From an uncultured Gammaproteobacteria bacterium (lineage in GTDB: Bacteria > Patescibacteriota > Patescibacteriia > UBA9934 > GWF2-40-263), in NCBI GenBank assembly GCA_964399675.1, contig CAYNRK010000001.1:424-64423 (forward strand): a stretch of DNA of 64,000 bases, written 5' to 3'. Shown in pieces: positions 47,201-55,355 of the stretch. Positions within the stretch are counted from its first letter, which is position 1; each line of letters starts with the position of its first letter. The notes under the pieces were generated by a model, which was not told where the DNA came from, made no database searches, and saw nothing but the letters and a program-made list of their open reading frames with translations. Both the position numbers and the translations under genes were made by a program.

Positions 47201-48245
47201 TCGTGTTGAGGAATTGTTTGAAGCTCGAAATCCAAAACAAAAGGCCATTATGTCAGAGGTCTCTGGGAAGGCAACCATTGAATCACTTCAACGCGAAATT
47301 GTTCAAGCTGGAACAGGAAAACAAATTGTTGACACACGACCTGGACAAAAGACAGTAAAGATCGAATACCTTGGATTAGACGAAGAAATTTTCTTGTATG
47401 GAAAAACAGGAGAGTGCTTTGTTAAGGACGGTGATTCAGTTAAGAAAGGACAGGTGGTTGCTAAAAAAGGTTCAGGGGTTGAACTCTTGGCTCCGGCTGA
47501 TGGAACAATTACAATCAAAAAAGAAAATTCAGTGACTGTAATTTTTGAGATGTTGAAAATTAGAGAGTACATTATCCCACCTGGTTACACGCTTTATGTA
47601 AAAGACGGTGATGAGATCCAGGCCGGAGATACACTAACAGATGGAAACCTTGATTTGCAAGTTTTGTTCAAATTTAAAGGTCAGGATGCAGTGCAAAAAT
47701 ATCTCTCAAAGGAAATTCAGTTCATCTATTCAAGTCAGGGACAAAAGCTTAATAACAAGCACATTGAGATTATAATTCGACAAATGTTTTCACGCGTAAG
47801 AGTTGCTGATCCAGGCGATACAGATCTTTTGCCAAACAATATTATTGAAAAAGCATCGTTTTTGGATGCTAATGATGGTGTTGGAAAAGGTGAAAAAGCA
47901 GCCGAGAGCGAGCCTCTGTTCTTAGGAATTACAAAGATTTCTCTTTCAACTGATTCGTGGTTGTCTTCTGCGTCTTTCCAAGAAACTGCAAAAGTTCTCA
48001 TCAACGCTGCTGTAACAGGAAAGATTGATAGGCTGGAGGGTCTGAAAGAAAATGTGATTATTGGACGATTGATTCCTGCAGGAACAGGATTCGGAGACAT
48101 GCAAGAGGAGCTTATTGGAACCATTGAATATGAAAAAGATGAGCCAGTGGTTGAAGAGGCACCGGTTGATGTAACAGAAGAAGTTGAAAAAGCATTTGAA
48201 GAAAATAAGACTGTTGAGACAAAAGAGGCTCCAGATAATGAGTAA
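44217..48245 (+). CDS. rpoC: DNA-directed RNA polymerase subunit beta'
   Basis: Zn-finger '[23 protein letters not shown]', the catalytic '[12 protein letters not shown]', and 'trigger-loop' blocks. It begins 1 nt after the rpoB stop. Confidence 0.95.
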   Translation: [1342 protein letters not shown]

Positions 48246-48313
48246 ATCTAAAAGCGGTGTTTGAAAAGACGCCGCTTTTAGATTTCAGTAGATTTTGTTA
48301 TCATTTCCACACT

Positions 48314-48799
48314 ATGAAAAAAGATGGACATATAATAATGGGAGTAGATCCAGGCTATGGCAGAATGGGTTTTGGAGTTGTTTATGTTGAGGGTGGTGAA
48401 GTGGAGCTTGTTGATTATGGTGTTGCCACAACAACAAGCGGAGAGCACTTTGAGGATCGGTTGCTTAGTTTGGCAAATGATTTACATGATTTAATGGTTC
48501 ACCATAATCCAGATGTTGTGGCAGTTGAAAAATTGTTTTTTGGAAAAAGCACAACCACAGCCATGAAGGTTGCAGAAGCAAGAGGGGTGGCACTTCTTAT
48601 GGCAGCGCAATCCAGAGTTCCGGTTTTGGAATTCACTCCAGCACAGGTTAAAAAAGCACTTACTGGAAACGGAAAGGCCACAAAAGCTGGGGTGCAAAAG
48701 ATGGTAAAGAAGTTGCTGAGTTTGCCTCGCGTACCAAAACCGGATGATGCTGCAGATGCCCTGGCTGTTGCAATTACAGCCGCAAATAAAAAGTGGTGA
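48314..48799 (+). CDS. ruvC: Holliday-junction resolvase RuvC
   Basis: Start at MKKDGHIIMGVDPGYGRMGFGVV (catalytic Asp in 'GVDPG'). A later 'E..FFG' motif and C-terminal 'DDAADALAVAI'. Confidence 0.8.
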   Translation: MKKDGHIIMGVDPGYGRMGFGVVYVEGGEVELVDYGVATTTSGEHFEDRLLSLANDLHDLMVHHNPDVVAVEKLFFGKSTTTAMKVAEARGVALLMAAQSRVPVLEFTPAQVKKALTGNGKATKAGVQKMVKKLLSLPRVPKPDDAADALAVAITAANKKW

Positions 48800-48800
48800 T

Positions 48801-49109
48801 ATGAAAATTTATTGGGTTAATCATTTGATAGGTGTTGAGGATTATGATTCTGAAAAGCATAAACTTAAAATGACCAGGTTTAATTATTGGCACAAAGAAG
48901 AGTTAATTGTGGCAGGGGATTTGGGTGGACATTATGACAATGCTCAAGCAGCAAAAAAGTTTGTTGATGATATACCAGACAGAAAACCCGATGGTGCTGG
49001 AAGTTGCTCGGCTGGCAAGACTCTAAGATGGAATAGTTATGGATATGGAATCGAAACTCCGGAAGATTTAAAAGCTATTATTTTAGATGTGCTCGGTTTG
49101 TCCGGGTAA
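48801..49109 (+). CDS. Hypothetical protein (103 aa), translationally coupled to ruvC
   Basis: ATG at 48801, 2 nt after the ruvC stop. No recognisable motif. Confidence 0.4.
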   Translation: MKIYWVNHLIGVEDYDSEKHKLKMTRFNYWHKEELIVAGDLGGHYDNAQAAKKFVDDIPDRKPDGAGSCSAGKTLRWNSYGYGIETPEDLKAIILDVLGLSG

Positions 49110-49156
49110 TGTCAGAGATTTTTTTCTTTGATCAAAAAAAGGTAAGGTAATATTGT

Positions 49157-49297
49157 ATGAAGGATTATTCAACTAAAAAGGCTCAGGAGATTCAGGACGA
49201 TATTTTAAAACAGATGACTCCAACACAGCGTATTGCACTCATGGCCAGACTCTCAAAATTTGCTCAGAAGCTTTCTCGTTTACGCCTGAAGGAATGA
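49157..49297 (+). CDS. Small 46-aa ORF, translationally coupled to the downstream nucleotidyltransferase gene (possible partner or antitoxin-like)
   Basis: ATG at 49157 after aaaaaggtaaggtaa. The stop TGA at 49295-97 lies 1 nt before the ATG at 49299. Encodes MKDYSTKKAQEIQDDILKQMTPTQRIALMARLSKFAQKLSRLRLKE. Confidence 0.3.
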   Translation: MKDYSTKKAQEIQDDILKQMTPTQRIALMARLSKFAQKLSRLRLKE

Positions 49298-49298
49298 T

Positions 49299-49850
49299 AT
49301 GAGTTTTGAACATTTTTTGAGTGTTTTGGGCAAGATCTTGGAAGACCTCAATGTGTGCTATTTTGTAACAGGCGGATTTGCTGTTTGTGTTTGGGGTCGG
49401 CCAAGAACTACTTTTGATCTCGATTTGGTTATTGTAATGAATCAGGCTGATGTCAATCCCTTTATACAGTCGATGCGCAATATTGATGAATCAATCTATG
49501 TTGATGAGCAGATGATACGATCCGAAATTGATCGAAAAGGAGAATTTAATATCATTCATCCAAACTCTGGGCTTAAAGTAGATTTTTTTGTAAAAAAAGA
49601 CGATGAGTTAAGCCGGACACAAATGGCTCGAAGAATTGAAAAAAAAATTAATGGTCAAACAATTTATTTTATATCCCCCGAGGATTTGATCATAAGCAAA
49701 CTCATTTGGGCAAAAAAGTCTGGATCCAATAGGCAATTAGATGATGCACAATCAGTGTTTGAAATAATGAAGAATGAATTGGATAGTCAATATATTAATG
49801 AATGGTTAAAAAGGCTCGGTCTTGAAAAATTACTAAAATCAATACAGTAA
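49299..49850 (+). CDS. Nucleotidyltransferase-fold protein (Pol-beta-like minimal NTase N-domain plus an approx 120-aa C-domain)
   Basis: 'YFVTGGFAVCVWGRPRTTFDLDLVI' matches the hG[GS]...[DE]h[DE]h NTase signature, as in AbiEii/MNT-type proteins. Confidence 0.5.
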   Translation: MSFEHFLSVLGKILEDLNVCYFVTGGFAVCVWGRPRTTFDLDLVIVMNQADVNPFIQSMRNIDESIYVDEQMIRSEIDRKGEFNIIHPNSGLKVDFFVKKDDELSRTQMARRIEKKINGQTIYFISPEDLIISKLIWAKKSGSNRQLDDAQSVFEIMKNELDSQYINEWLKRLGLEKLLKSIQ

Positions 49851-49896
49851 TGAAAAGACCACCCTAAGGTGGTTAAGTGGCCGAAGGCTGGTTGGC

Positions 49897-50826
49897 CTAG
49901 GAGCCGTTGCTGCGCAGGATCATGTCCAGAAGAGCCATGCGCACGAGCATGCCGTTTTCGACCTGCCTGAAGTAGGCAGCTCGAGGATCAGCATCGATCT
50001 CAGGATGGATTTCATTGACCCTGGGCAAAGGGTGCAAGATAGCCATGCCCTCCCTGGCAAGATCAAGCTCCCGCTTGCGCAAGATGTAGCGATCACGAGT
50101 TGCCAGGTAATCGGTCTGATCTGTGAATCGTTCCTTTTGTACACGTGTCATATAGAGCACGTCTGCCCGGCCGATTGCAGCGTCAAGGCTTTCCATTTCT
50201 TGGAAACCAAGACTCTTTTCCCCGAGCTCGTCTTTGATCCTCTGAGGAATACAGAGGCTCTCCGGAGACACAAAGATCAGTTGCACATTGTAGAGTGCGA
50301 GTAGCCGAGCCAGCGAATGTACTGTTCGGCCATACTTGAGGTCACCGACCATGACCACAGTTGTGCCATCAATCCTGCCAAGCTCGCTTTGGATTGTGTA
50401 GAGATCCAAGAGCGCTTGAGTAGGATGCTCGCCAGCGCCGTCACCTGCGTTGATGATTGGCTTTGTTGCAACACTTGCTGCAAGTCGTGCCGAACCAATC
50501 TCCGGATGACGAAGCACAATCGCATCAGCGTACCGACAGATTGTGCGAATCGTGTCCTGAAGGGTTTCCCCTTTGACAGCAGACGAAAATTGCGCTGCGC
50601 TTTCTGTGCCAACCACACGTCCGCCCAGACGATGCATTGCAGTATCGAACGACATCTTTGTTCTGGTCGAGGGCTCGTAGAACAAAGACGCAAGCACATA
50701 GCCTGAGAGAAGCTGGCTGCCGTGGTTCTTTGCCACAGACCGCATTTCATCAACACGAGCAAACAGCGACGTGATGATCTCCAGTGTGAGCTGGTCTACA
50801 CTGACCAGGTGCTCAAGCTTTGCCAT
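49897..50826 (-). CDS. pyrB: Aspartate carbamoyltransferase catalytic subunit. High-GC gene
   Basis: 'SLFYEPSTRTKMSFDTAMHRLGG' (carbamoyl-phosphate-binding STRT motif) and 'EHPTQALLDLYT' (HPTQ is typical of ATCase, whereas OTCase has HPCQ). GC by eye exceeds 55%. Confidence 0.7.
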   Translation of the reverse strand: MAKLEHLVSVDQLTLEIITSLFARVDEMRSVAKNHGSQLLSGYVLASLFYEPSTRTKMSFDTAMHRLGGRVVGTESAAQFSSAVKGETLQDTIRTICRYADAIVLRHPEIGSARLAASVATKPIINAGDGAGEHPTQALLDLYTIQSELGRIDGTTVVMVGDLKYGRTVHSLARLLALYNVQLIFVSPESLCIPQRIKDELGEKSLGFQEMESLDAAIGRADVLYMTRVQKERFTDQTDYLATRDRYILRKRELDLAREGMAILHPLPRVNEIHPEIDADPRAAYFRQVENGMLVRMALLDMILRSNGS

Positions 50827-50967
50827 GGATCTTGCTCCTATTTGGATTTGCCAGTTTTTCTGGCAAAGAATTGGCCTTATGCCGCGCTGAGCATAGCAAT
50901 GAATAATAGGTGTGTCAAATTGATTGATTCAAAACAAAAAATCCCGGCTGTTGCCAGGATCTTTTGT

Positions 50968-51042
50968 TGGAGCGGGTGAAGGGGATCGAACCCTCATCTC
51001 GACCTTGGAAGGGTCGCATTCTAGCCATTGAACTACACCCGC
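50968..51042 (-). tRNA. tRNA-Gly (anticodon TCC), CCA encoded
   Basis: Reverse complement gcgggtg-ta-gttc-aatggcta-gaat-g-cgacc-ctTCCaa-ggtcg-agat-gaggg-ttcgatc-ccctt-cacccgc-t-cca. Confidence 0.85.
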
Positions 51043-51725
51043 ACACTCTTTTTTTGGTTTAATGAAGCTTCAATTAGTCCAATAATATACCTGTGCATTA
51101 AGGAACCAAATTTTGGATCACTACAAGCGTTGACAGTTACATGCATTGTTCCATAAGGCAATTTTCTTCTTTTTGTTCTTGATTTGTCCGTACGTTTATC
51201 AACCGCGCATTTCCCAAATTGCGTGAGTGGAATTTTAGCGATTCTTGACCAGTATGTCAATGCTTCTTTTTCGTCAATATCAGGATAAATATGGACTCGT
51301 CCACGAAAATGTTTATTGGGAATTTCCAACACCTCTCGAAACCACCTCATTAAACATTTAATGACTAACGGATCCGAGTTTGACACCCGAGTGGTCTCGT
51401 ATAGTTTCATACCCTCTCCTATGTATAAACCTAATCCGAGCATCATCAGATCCCTTTTTGAGACATTGTCAATTGTTCGTAGAGCCTTATTTTTTGCATC
51501 CTGAATCGATTTTTTTTTCAAGTCATGCCTTGTTTTTGCAGATTTCTCCCAAGCCTCATTCATTCTTTTTCTAACGGTTTTATTTGGAGTGAAGTGCACG
51601 TTTCTTAACCAATGACTGAGAGTGCTTTTTGCAACACCGAGTCTTTCAGAAATAATATTGTAAGACCAACCTTTCTTTCTTAAATCAATTGCTTGTTCAC
51701 GAAGCGATATTTTCATATATATCAT
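51033..51725 (-). CDS. HTH-domain protein (N-terminal IS30/resolvase-like HTH) with a possible LAGLIDADG-like motif. Its last codons and stop overlap the 5' end of tRNA-Gly
   Basis: 'LREQAIDLRKKGWSYNIISERLGVAKSTLSHWL' HTH. 'LMMLGLGLYIGEGMK' resembles a single LAGLIDADG motif (LxGLxIGEG). The stop TAG at 51033-35 lies inside the tRNA acceptor stem. Confidence 0.35.
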   Translation of the reverse strand: MIYMKISLREQAIDLRKKGWSYNIISERLGVAKSTLSHWLRNVHFTPNKTVRKRMNEAWEKSAKTRHDLKKKSIQDAKNKALRTIDNVSKRDLMMLGLGLYIGEGMKLYETTRVSNSDPLVIKCLMRWFREVLEIPNKHFRGRVHIYPDIDEKEALTYWSRIAKIPLTQFGKCAVDKRTDKSRTKRRKLPYGTMHVTVNACSDPKFGSLMHRYIIGLIEASLNQKKSVRV

Positions 51726-51839
51726 TTTACCATACCCATTTTATGGGTTCAAGTATTGCTATTCCTTAAAACAAACTGACCGCCATTCTATGACGGTCGC
51801 CATGTGATGTTAATTAATTTTTTTGAAAAAATTTGGCAT

Positions 51840-53459
51840 TTAGAACAATGCCTTTCCTGTCATCTCTTTTGGCTTTTTCAAATCAAGCATTTTCAGAATA
51901 GTTGGCGCCACATCAGCCAGCTTGCCTTTATTTAATTTTAGATCTTTTTTGTTTTTTCTAATCAGAATGCAAGGAACAGGATTTGTAGTATGGCCTGTGT
52001 AGACTTCATCTGTTTTTAAATCAATCATACTTTCAGCATTTCCGTGATCTCCAATTAAAAGCACTTGTCCATTCTTTTTAAGCACAGCCTCAGTAATTTT
52101 TTTAACTTGCGTGTCAACAACTTCAACTGCCTTTTTTGTTGCCTCAAAGTTTCCGGTGTGAGCTACCATGTCTGCATTTGGGAAGTTCACACAAATGAAT
52201 GAGAAAGATTCTTTTCTTAGTTCTTCTAAAATTATTTTTGTAAGTTTTTGAGCGTGCATTTCAGGGTGTTCATCAAAATGCTTTTTCTTTTTGGTTCTTA
52301 TTATTTTTCGCGTTTCATCGTTTACAGGCTTTGCATGACCACCATTTATAAAGTAGGTAACGTGAGCGTACTTTTCTGATTCAGAAAGATAAAGTTGTTC
52401 GTACGACTCCCCAATTGCTTTTGCTAGGGTGTTTGGGATAACAGGACTAGGGAAGGCTGTTAAGATTCCAGGAAGGTCTGGTCCAAATTCTGACATTGCC
52501 ACAAAGTGAGTGTGCGCAAGTTTTTTTGAGCGATGAAACGACCCGGGATTGTCTTTGAAAAAGTCAGGCTGAACAAATGCTTTGGCAATCTGTCGTGCTC
52601 TATCACTTCTTGCGTTGAAAAAGTAAATAACATCTTTGTGATTGATTCGTGGCAAAGGCTTTCCATTTTCTGTGAGAATAGTTGGACAAATAAATTCGTC
52701 TGTTTCGTCTCTGTTGTACGCTTGGGCAATAACGTCTTCTGCTGACCCGGCTACGCACGAACCTTTACCGCTCACAAGCGCGTCATATGCTTTTTTAGTC
52801 CTGCCCCACACTTTATTTCTATCCATTGCATAGTAGCGCCCCATTACAGTTGCAATCTTTTCGCCATTTTTCATGTGAGGTCTTAGCTCACGCAAAAATC
52901 TAACTGCAGAGTGGGGAGATGAATCGCGTCCGTCAGTAAAAAGATGAAGGTAAACTTTTTTCTGTTTGTTCATTCTAAAGAATTTCAAAAGTGCAATCAC
53001 GTGCTCAAGGCGTGCGTGCCCACTGTGATCGTTTGTAAGAAGCCCCATCACGTGAACTGCTGATTTATTTTTTTTTACAAAGTCGAGTCCATGTAGAAAT
53101 GCTTCATTTTTGAAAAAGGTTCCGTCTTTGATTGCACTTGAGATTCTTTCAAGATCTTGTTCTACTACTCTTCCTGCACCAATGTTCAAATGCCCGGCTT
53201 CTGAGTTTCCTGCTTGATTGGTTGCAAGCCCAACAGATTTTCCAGACGCAACAAGTTCAGTGCTTGGATATTTTTTTAAGTAAGAAAAAATTGTTGGTGC
53301 TGTTTTTGGAGTGATAGCGTTACCTTTATTTTTCGGATCAGCCAAACCAAAACCATCAAGAATGATAAGAACAGTTGGTTTGTGTTTATTACCAGTTTTT
53401 GCCATATCAAAGATTAGTATACCATGCGGATTTTTTTGAAAAGAAAACACACCAGCCAT
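51840..53459 (-). CDS. gpmI: 2,3-bisphosphoglycerate-independent phosphoglycerate mutase
   Basis: 'PTVLIILDGFGL', 'HLFTDGRDS' and 'GDHGNAE' iPGM metal-binding motifs. The true start is probably the internal ATG near 53403 (MAKTGNKHKPTV...). Confidence 0.8.
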   Translation of the reverse strand: MAGVFSFQKNPHGILIFDMAKTGNKHKPTVLIILDGFGLADPKNKGNAITPKTAPTIFSYLKKYPSTELVASGKSVGLATNQAGNSEAGHLNIGAGRVVEQDLERISSAIKDGTFFKNEAFLHGLDFVKKNKSAVHVMGLLTNDHSGHARLEHVIALLKFFRMNKQKKVYLHLFTDGRDSSPHSAVRFLRELRPHMKNGEKIATVMGRYYAMDRNKVWGRTKKAYDALVSGKGSCVAGSAEDVIAQAYNRDETDEFICPTILTENGKPLPRINHKDVIYFFNARSDRARQIAKAFVQPDFFKDNPGSFHRSKKLAHTHFVAMSEFGPDLPGILTAFPSPVIPNTLAKAIGESYEQLYLSESEKYAHVTYFINGGHAKPVNDETRKIIRTKKKKHFDEHPEMHAQKLTKIILEELRKESFSFICVNFPNADMVAHTGNFEATKKAVEVVDTQVKKITEAVLKKNGQVLLIGDHGNAESMIDLKTDEVYTGHTTNPVPCILIRKNKKDLKLNKGKLADVAPTILKMLDLKKPKEMTGKALF

Positions 53460-53483
53460 GGACTGATGTGTTTTCTAGTTACA

Positions 53484-54047
53484 CTATAGATCAATTTCTG
53501 AAGAAATTTCTTGCATGGCTTGTATTGCAATTTGGAAGAATTTTGATTTCTCCAATCCGATTTTTTCAATATCAGAAATTAATTCACGAGAAACATTTGC
53601 TGCAAAGTGGTTTGTTTTGAATTTCTTATTAAGCGAACTGGCCTTCATGCCCTCTAGTTTTTGAGGCCGCATCAGAGCATAAGCATAAATAAGTCCTGTT
53701 ACACTTTCGCCAGCTGCAAGAGCGTAATCAAGCTTGCTTTCACGGTTTACTCCTGTGTGATCTTCATTATGTGCAGAAATTGCATGCGCTACTTCTTCTG
53801 TAATTTCACAATCCTCTTCTTTTAAAATCTCTAGAGTTTTAATTCCATGCTGTTCAGGATCTTCAGAAGTTTGCTCCCAATCTAAATCATGCAAAAGACC
53901 AGCGATCCCCCAAATTTCTTCGTCTTCACCTAATTCCTTTGCCAAAGCCCTCAGAACAACTTCACTTTCACGAGAATGGATTTGATTATTTTTATCCTGT
54001 AAATATTTCTGTATGAGTTCACGAGCCTTCTCGGTTGTTATTTGCAT
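53484..54047 (-). CDS. HD-domain phosphohydrolase
   Basis: 'AGLLHDLDWE' HD motif. Start set at MQITTEKAREL (54047), because the ORF-track N-terminus (to 54110) overlaps tRNA-Pro. Confidence 0.6.
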   Translation of the reverse strand: MQITTEKARELIQKYLQDKNNQIHSRESEVVLRALAKELGEDEEIWGIAGLLHDLDWEQTSEDPEQHGIKTLEILKEEDCEITEEVAHAISAHNEDHTGVNRESKLDYALAAGESVTGLIYAYALMRPQKLEGMKASSLNKKFKTNHFAANVSRELISDIEKIGLEKSKFFQIAIQAMQEISSEIDL

Positions 54048-54061
54048 AAACCATAGTTTAA

Positions 54062-54139
54062 TGGTCGGGATGACAGGACTCGAACCTGCGACCTCTTGGT
54101 CCCAAACCAAGCGCTCTAGCCTGCTGAGCTACATCCCGA
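54062..54139 (-). tRNA. tRNA-Pro (anticodon TGG), CCA encoded
   Basis: Reverse complement cgggatg-ta-gctc-agcaggcta-gagc-g-cttgg-ttTGGga-ccaag-aggtc-gcagg-ttcgagt-cctgt-catcccg-a-cca. Confidence 0.85.
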
Positions 54140-54357
54140 TGTGCGAGAGTGTAGCAGAGAAACATAGATTAATCAAGCCAACAGGGCTGTTCTTTGTTAT
54201 AATTTAAAACAAGTTGTTGGCCCGTCACCCCGACCAAAAGAACTGATGATAAGTTTCATCAGTTCTTTTGTTTCAGTGGTTTTTTTGGGGCATGCTAGAT
54301 GCTATAATATAAAATATTTTACGTGCAAGAATAGAATAATTAAAAAAACCAAACTTT

Positions 54358-55347
54358 ATGGACGAATTAAAAAAATACGTACAATTTGCAGTAAAGAAAA
54401 AAGCATCGGATATTCATCTTATTGCAAATGCTTTTCCATACATTCGTGTAAACGGAAAACTTATTGCAATCAATAAAACCCTGCTTTCTCCGCAAGGAGT
54501 TCAGAAAAAAGCAATGGGATTACTTAAACAAAATCAACTTAAAAAACTTGAAGTAGACGGCGATGTGGATGTTGGTGTTGTTGTGGATGGTGTTGGACTC
54601 AGAATTAACATTCATAAAAACTCAAGTGGATTTGGAATGGCAATTCGAGTTATTCCAACAAAGATCCCAACTCCAGAAGAGTTGAACTTTCATGAAACAA
54701 TGGCCCAGATTCCAGAATATGAAAACGGTCTGGTGATTGTTAGTGGTGCAACAGGAACAGGAAAATCTACAACCCTTGCTTCAATCATTGAGCAAATGAA
54801 CCAGACTTCAAAGCGCCACATTATAACCCTGGAAGATCCAATAGAATATCGGTTCAAAGACAAAGAGTCACTTATTGAGCAAAGACAACTTGGACTTGAT
54901 TTTTCCAGCTTTCCACAAGGCCTTCGTCATGTTCTGCGCCAAGATCCGGATGTGATTATGATTGGAGAAATGCGCGATCAAGAAAGCATAGCTTTAGCTC
55001 TTACCGCGGCTGAGACCGGACACCTTGTTTTATCAACATTGCACGCACCAAACGCACCCGAAGTTGTTGAACGGATTGTTAATGTTTTTGAAGGGATTGC
55101 TCAACAGCAAATCCTTATTCAATTATCAGCGACTCTTCGTATGGTTGTAGCTCAAAAGCTTTTACCAAAAAAAGATGGAGGACTTATTGCTGCAAGAGAA
55201 GTTTTGGTAACAACTTCTGCAATACAAAATGCAATCAGACAAAATAATCTTGCCACACTTAGATCTGCAGTCCAGACAGGAAAGAAGCACGGTATGATTA
55301 GTATGGATAGGGCAGTGGAAGAGCTTGAAGCCAAGAAATTGATTTAA
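54358..55347 (+). CDS. pilT: Type IV pilus retraction ATPase PilT
   Basis: 'VSGATGTGKSTTLASII' Walker A, Asp box, 'IMIGEMRDQESI' and 'GHLVLSTLHAPNA' His box. Approx 330 aa with no N1 domain, typical of PilT. Confidence 0.8.
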   Translation: MDELKKYVQFAVKKKASDIHLIANAFPYIRVNGKLIAINKTLLSPQGVQKKAMGLLKQNQLKKLEVDGDVDVGVVVDGVGLRINIHKNSSGFGMAIRVIPTKIPTPEELNFHETMAQIPEYENGLVIVSGATGTGKSTTLASIIEQMNQTSKRHIITLEDPIEYRFKDKESLIEQRQLGLDFSSFPQGLRHVLRQDPDVIMIGEMRDQESIALALTAAETGHLVLSTLHAPNAPEVVERIVNVFEGIAQQQILIQLSATLRMVVAQKLLPKKDGGLIAAREVLVTTSAIQNAIRQNNLATLRSAVQTGKKHGMISMDRAVEELEAKKLI

Positions 55348-55355
55348 AATTTGAT

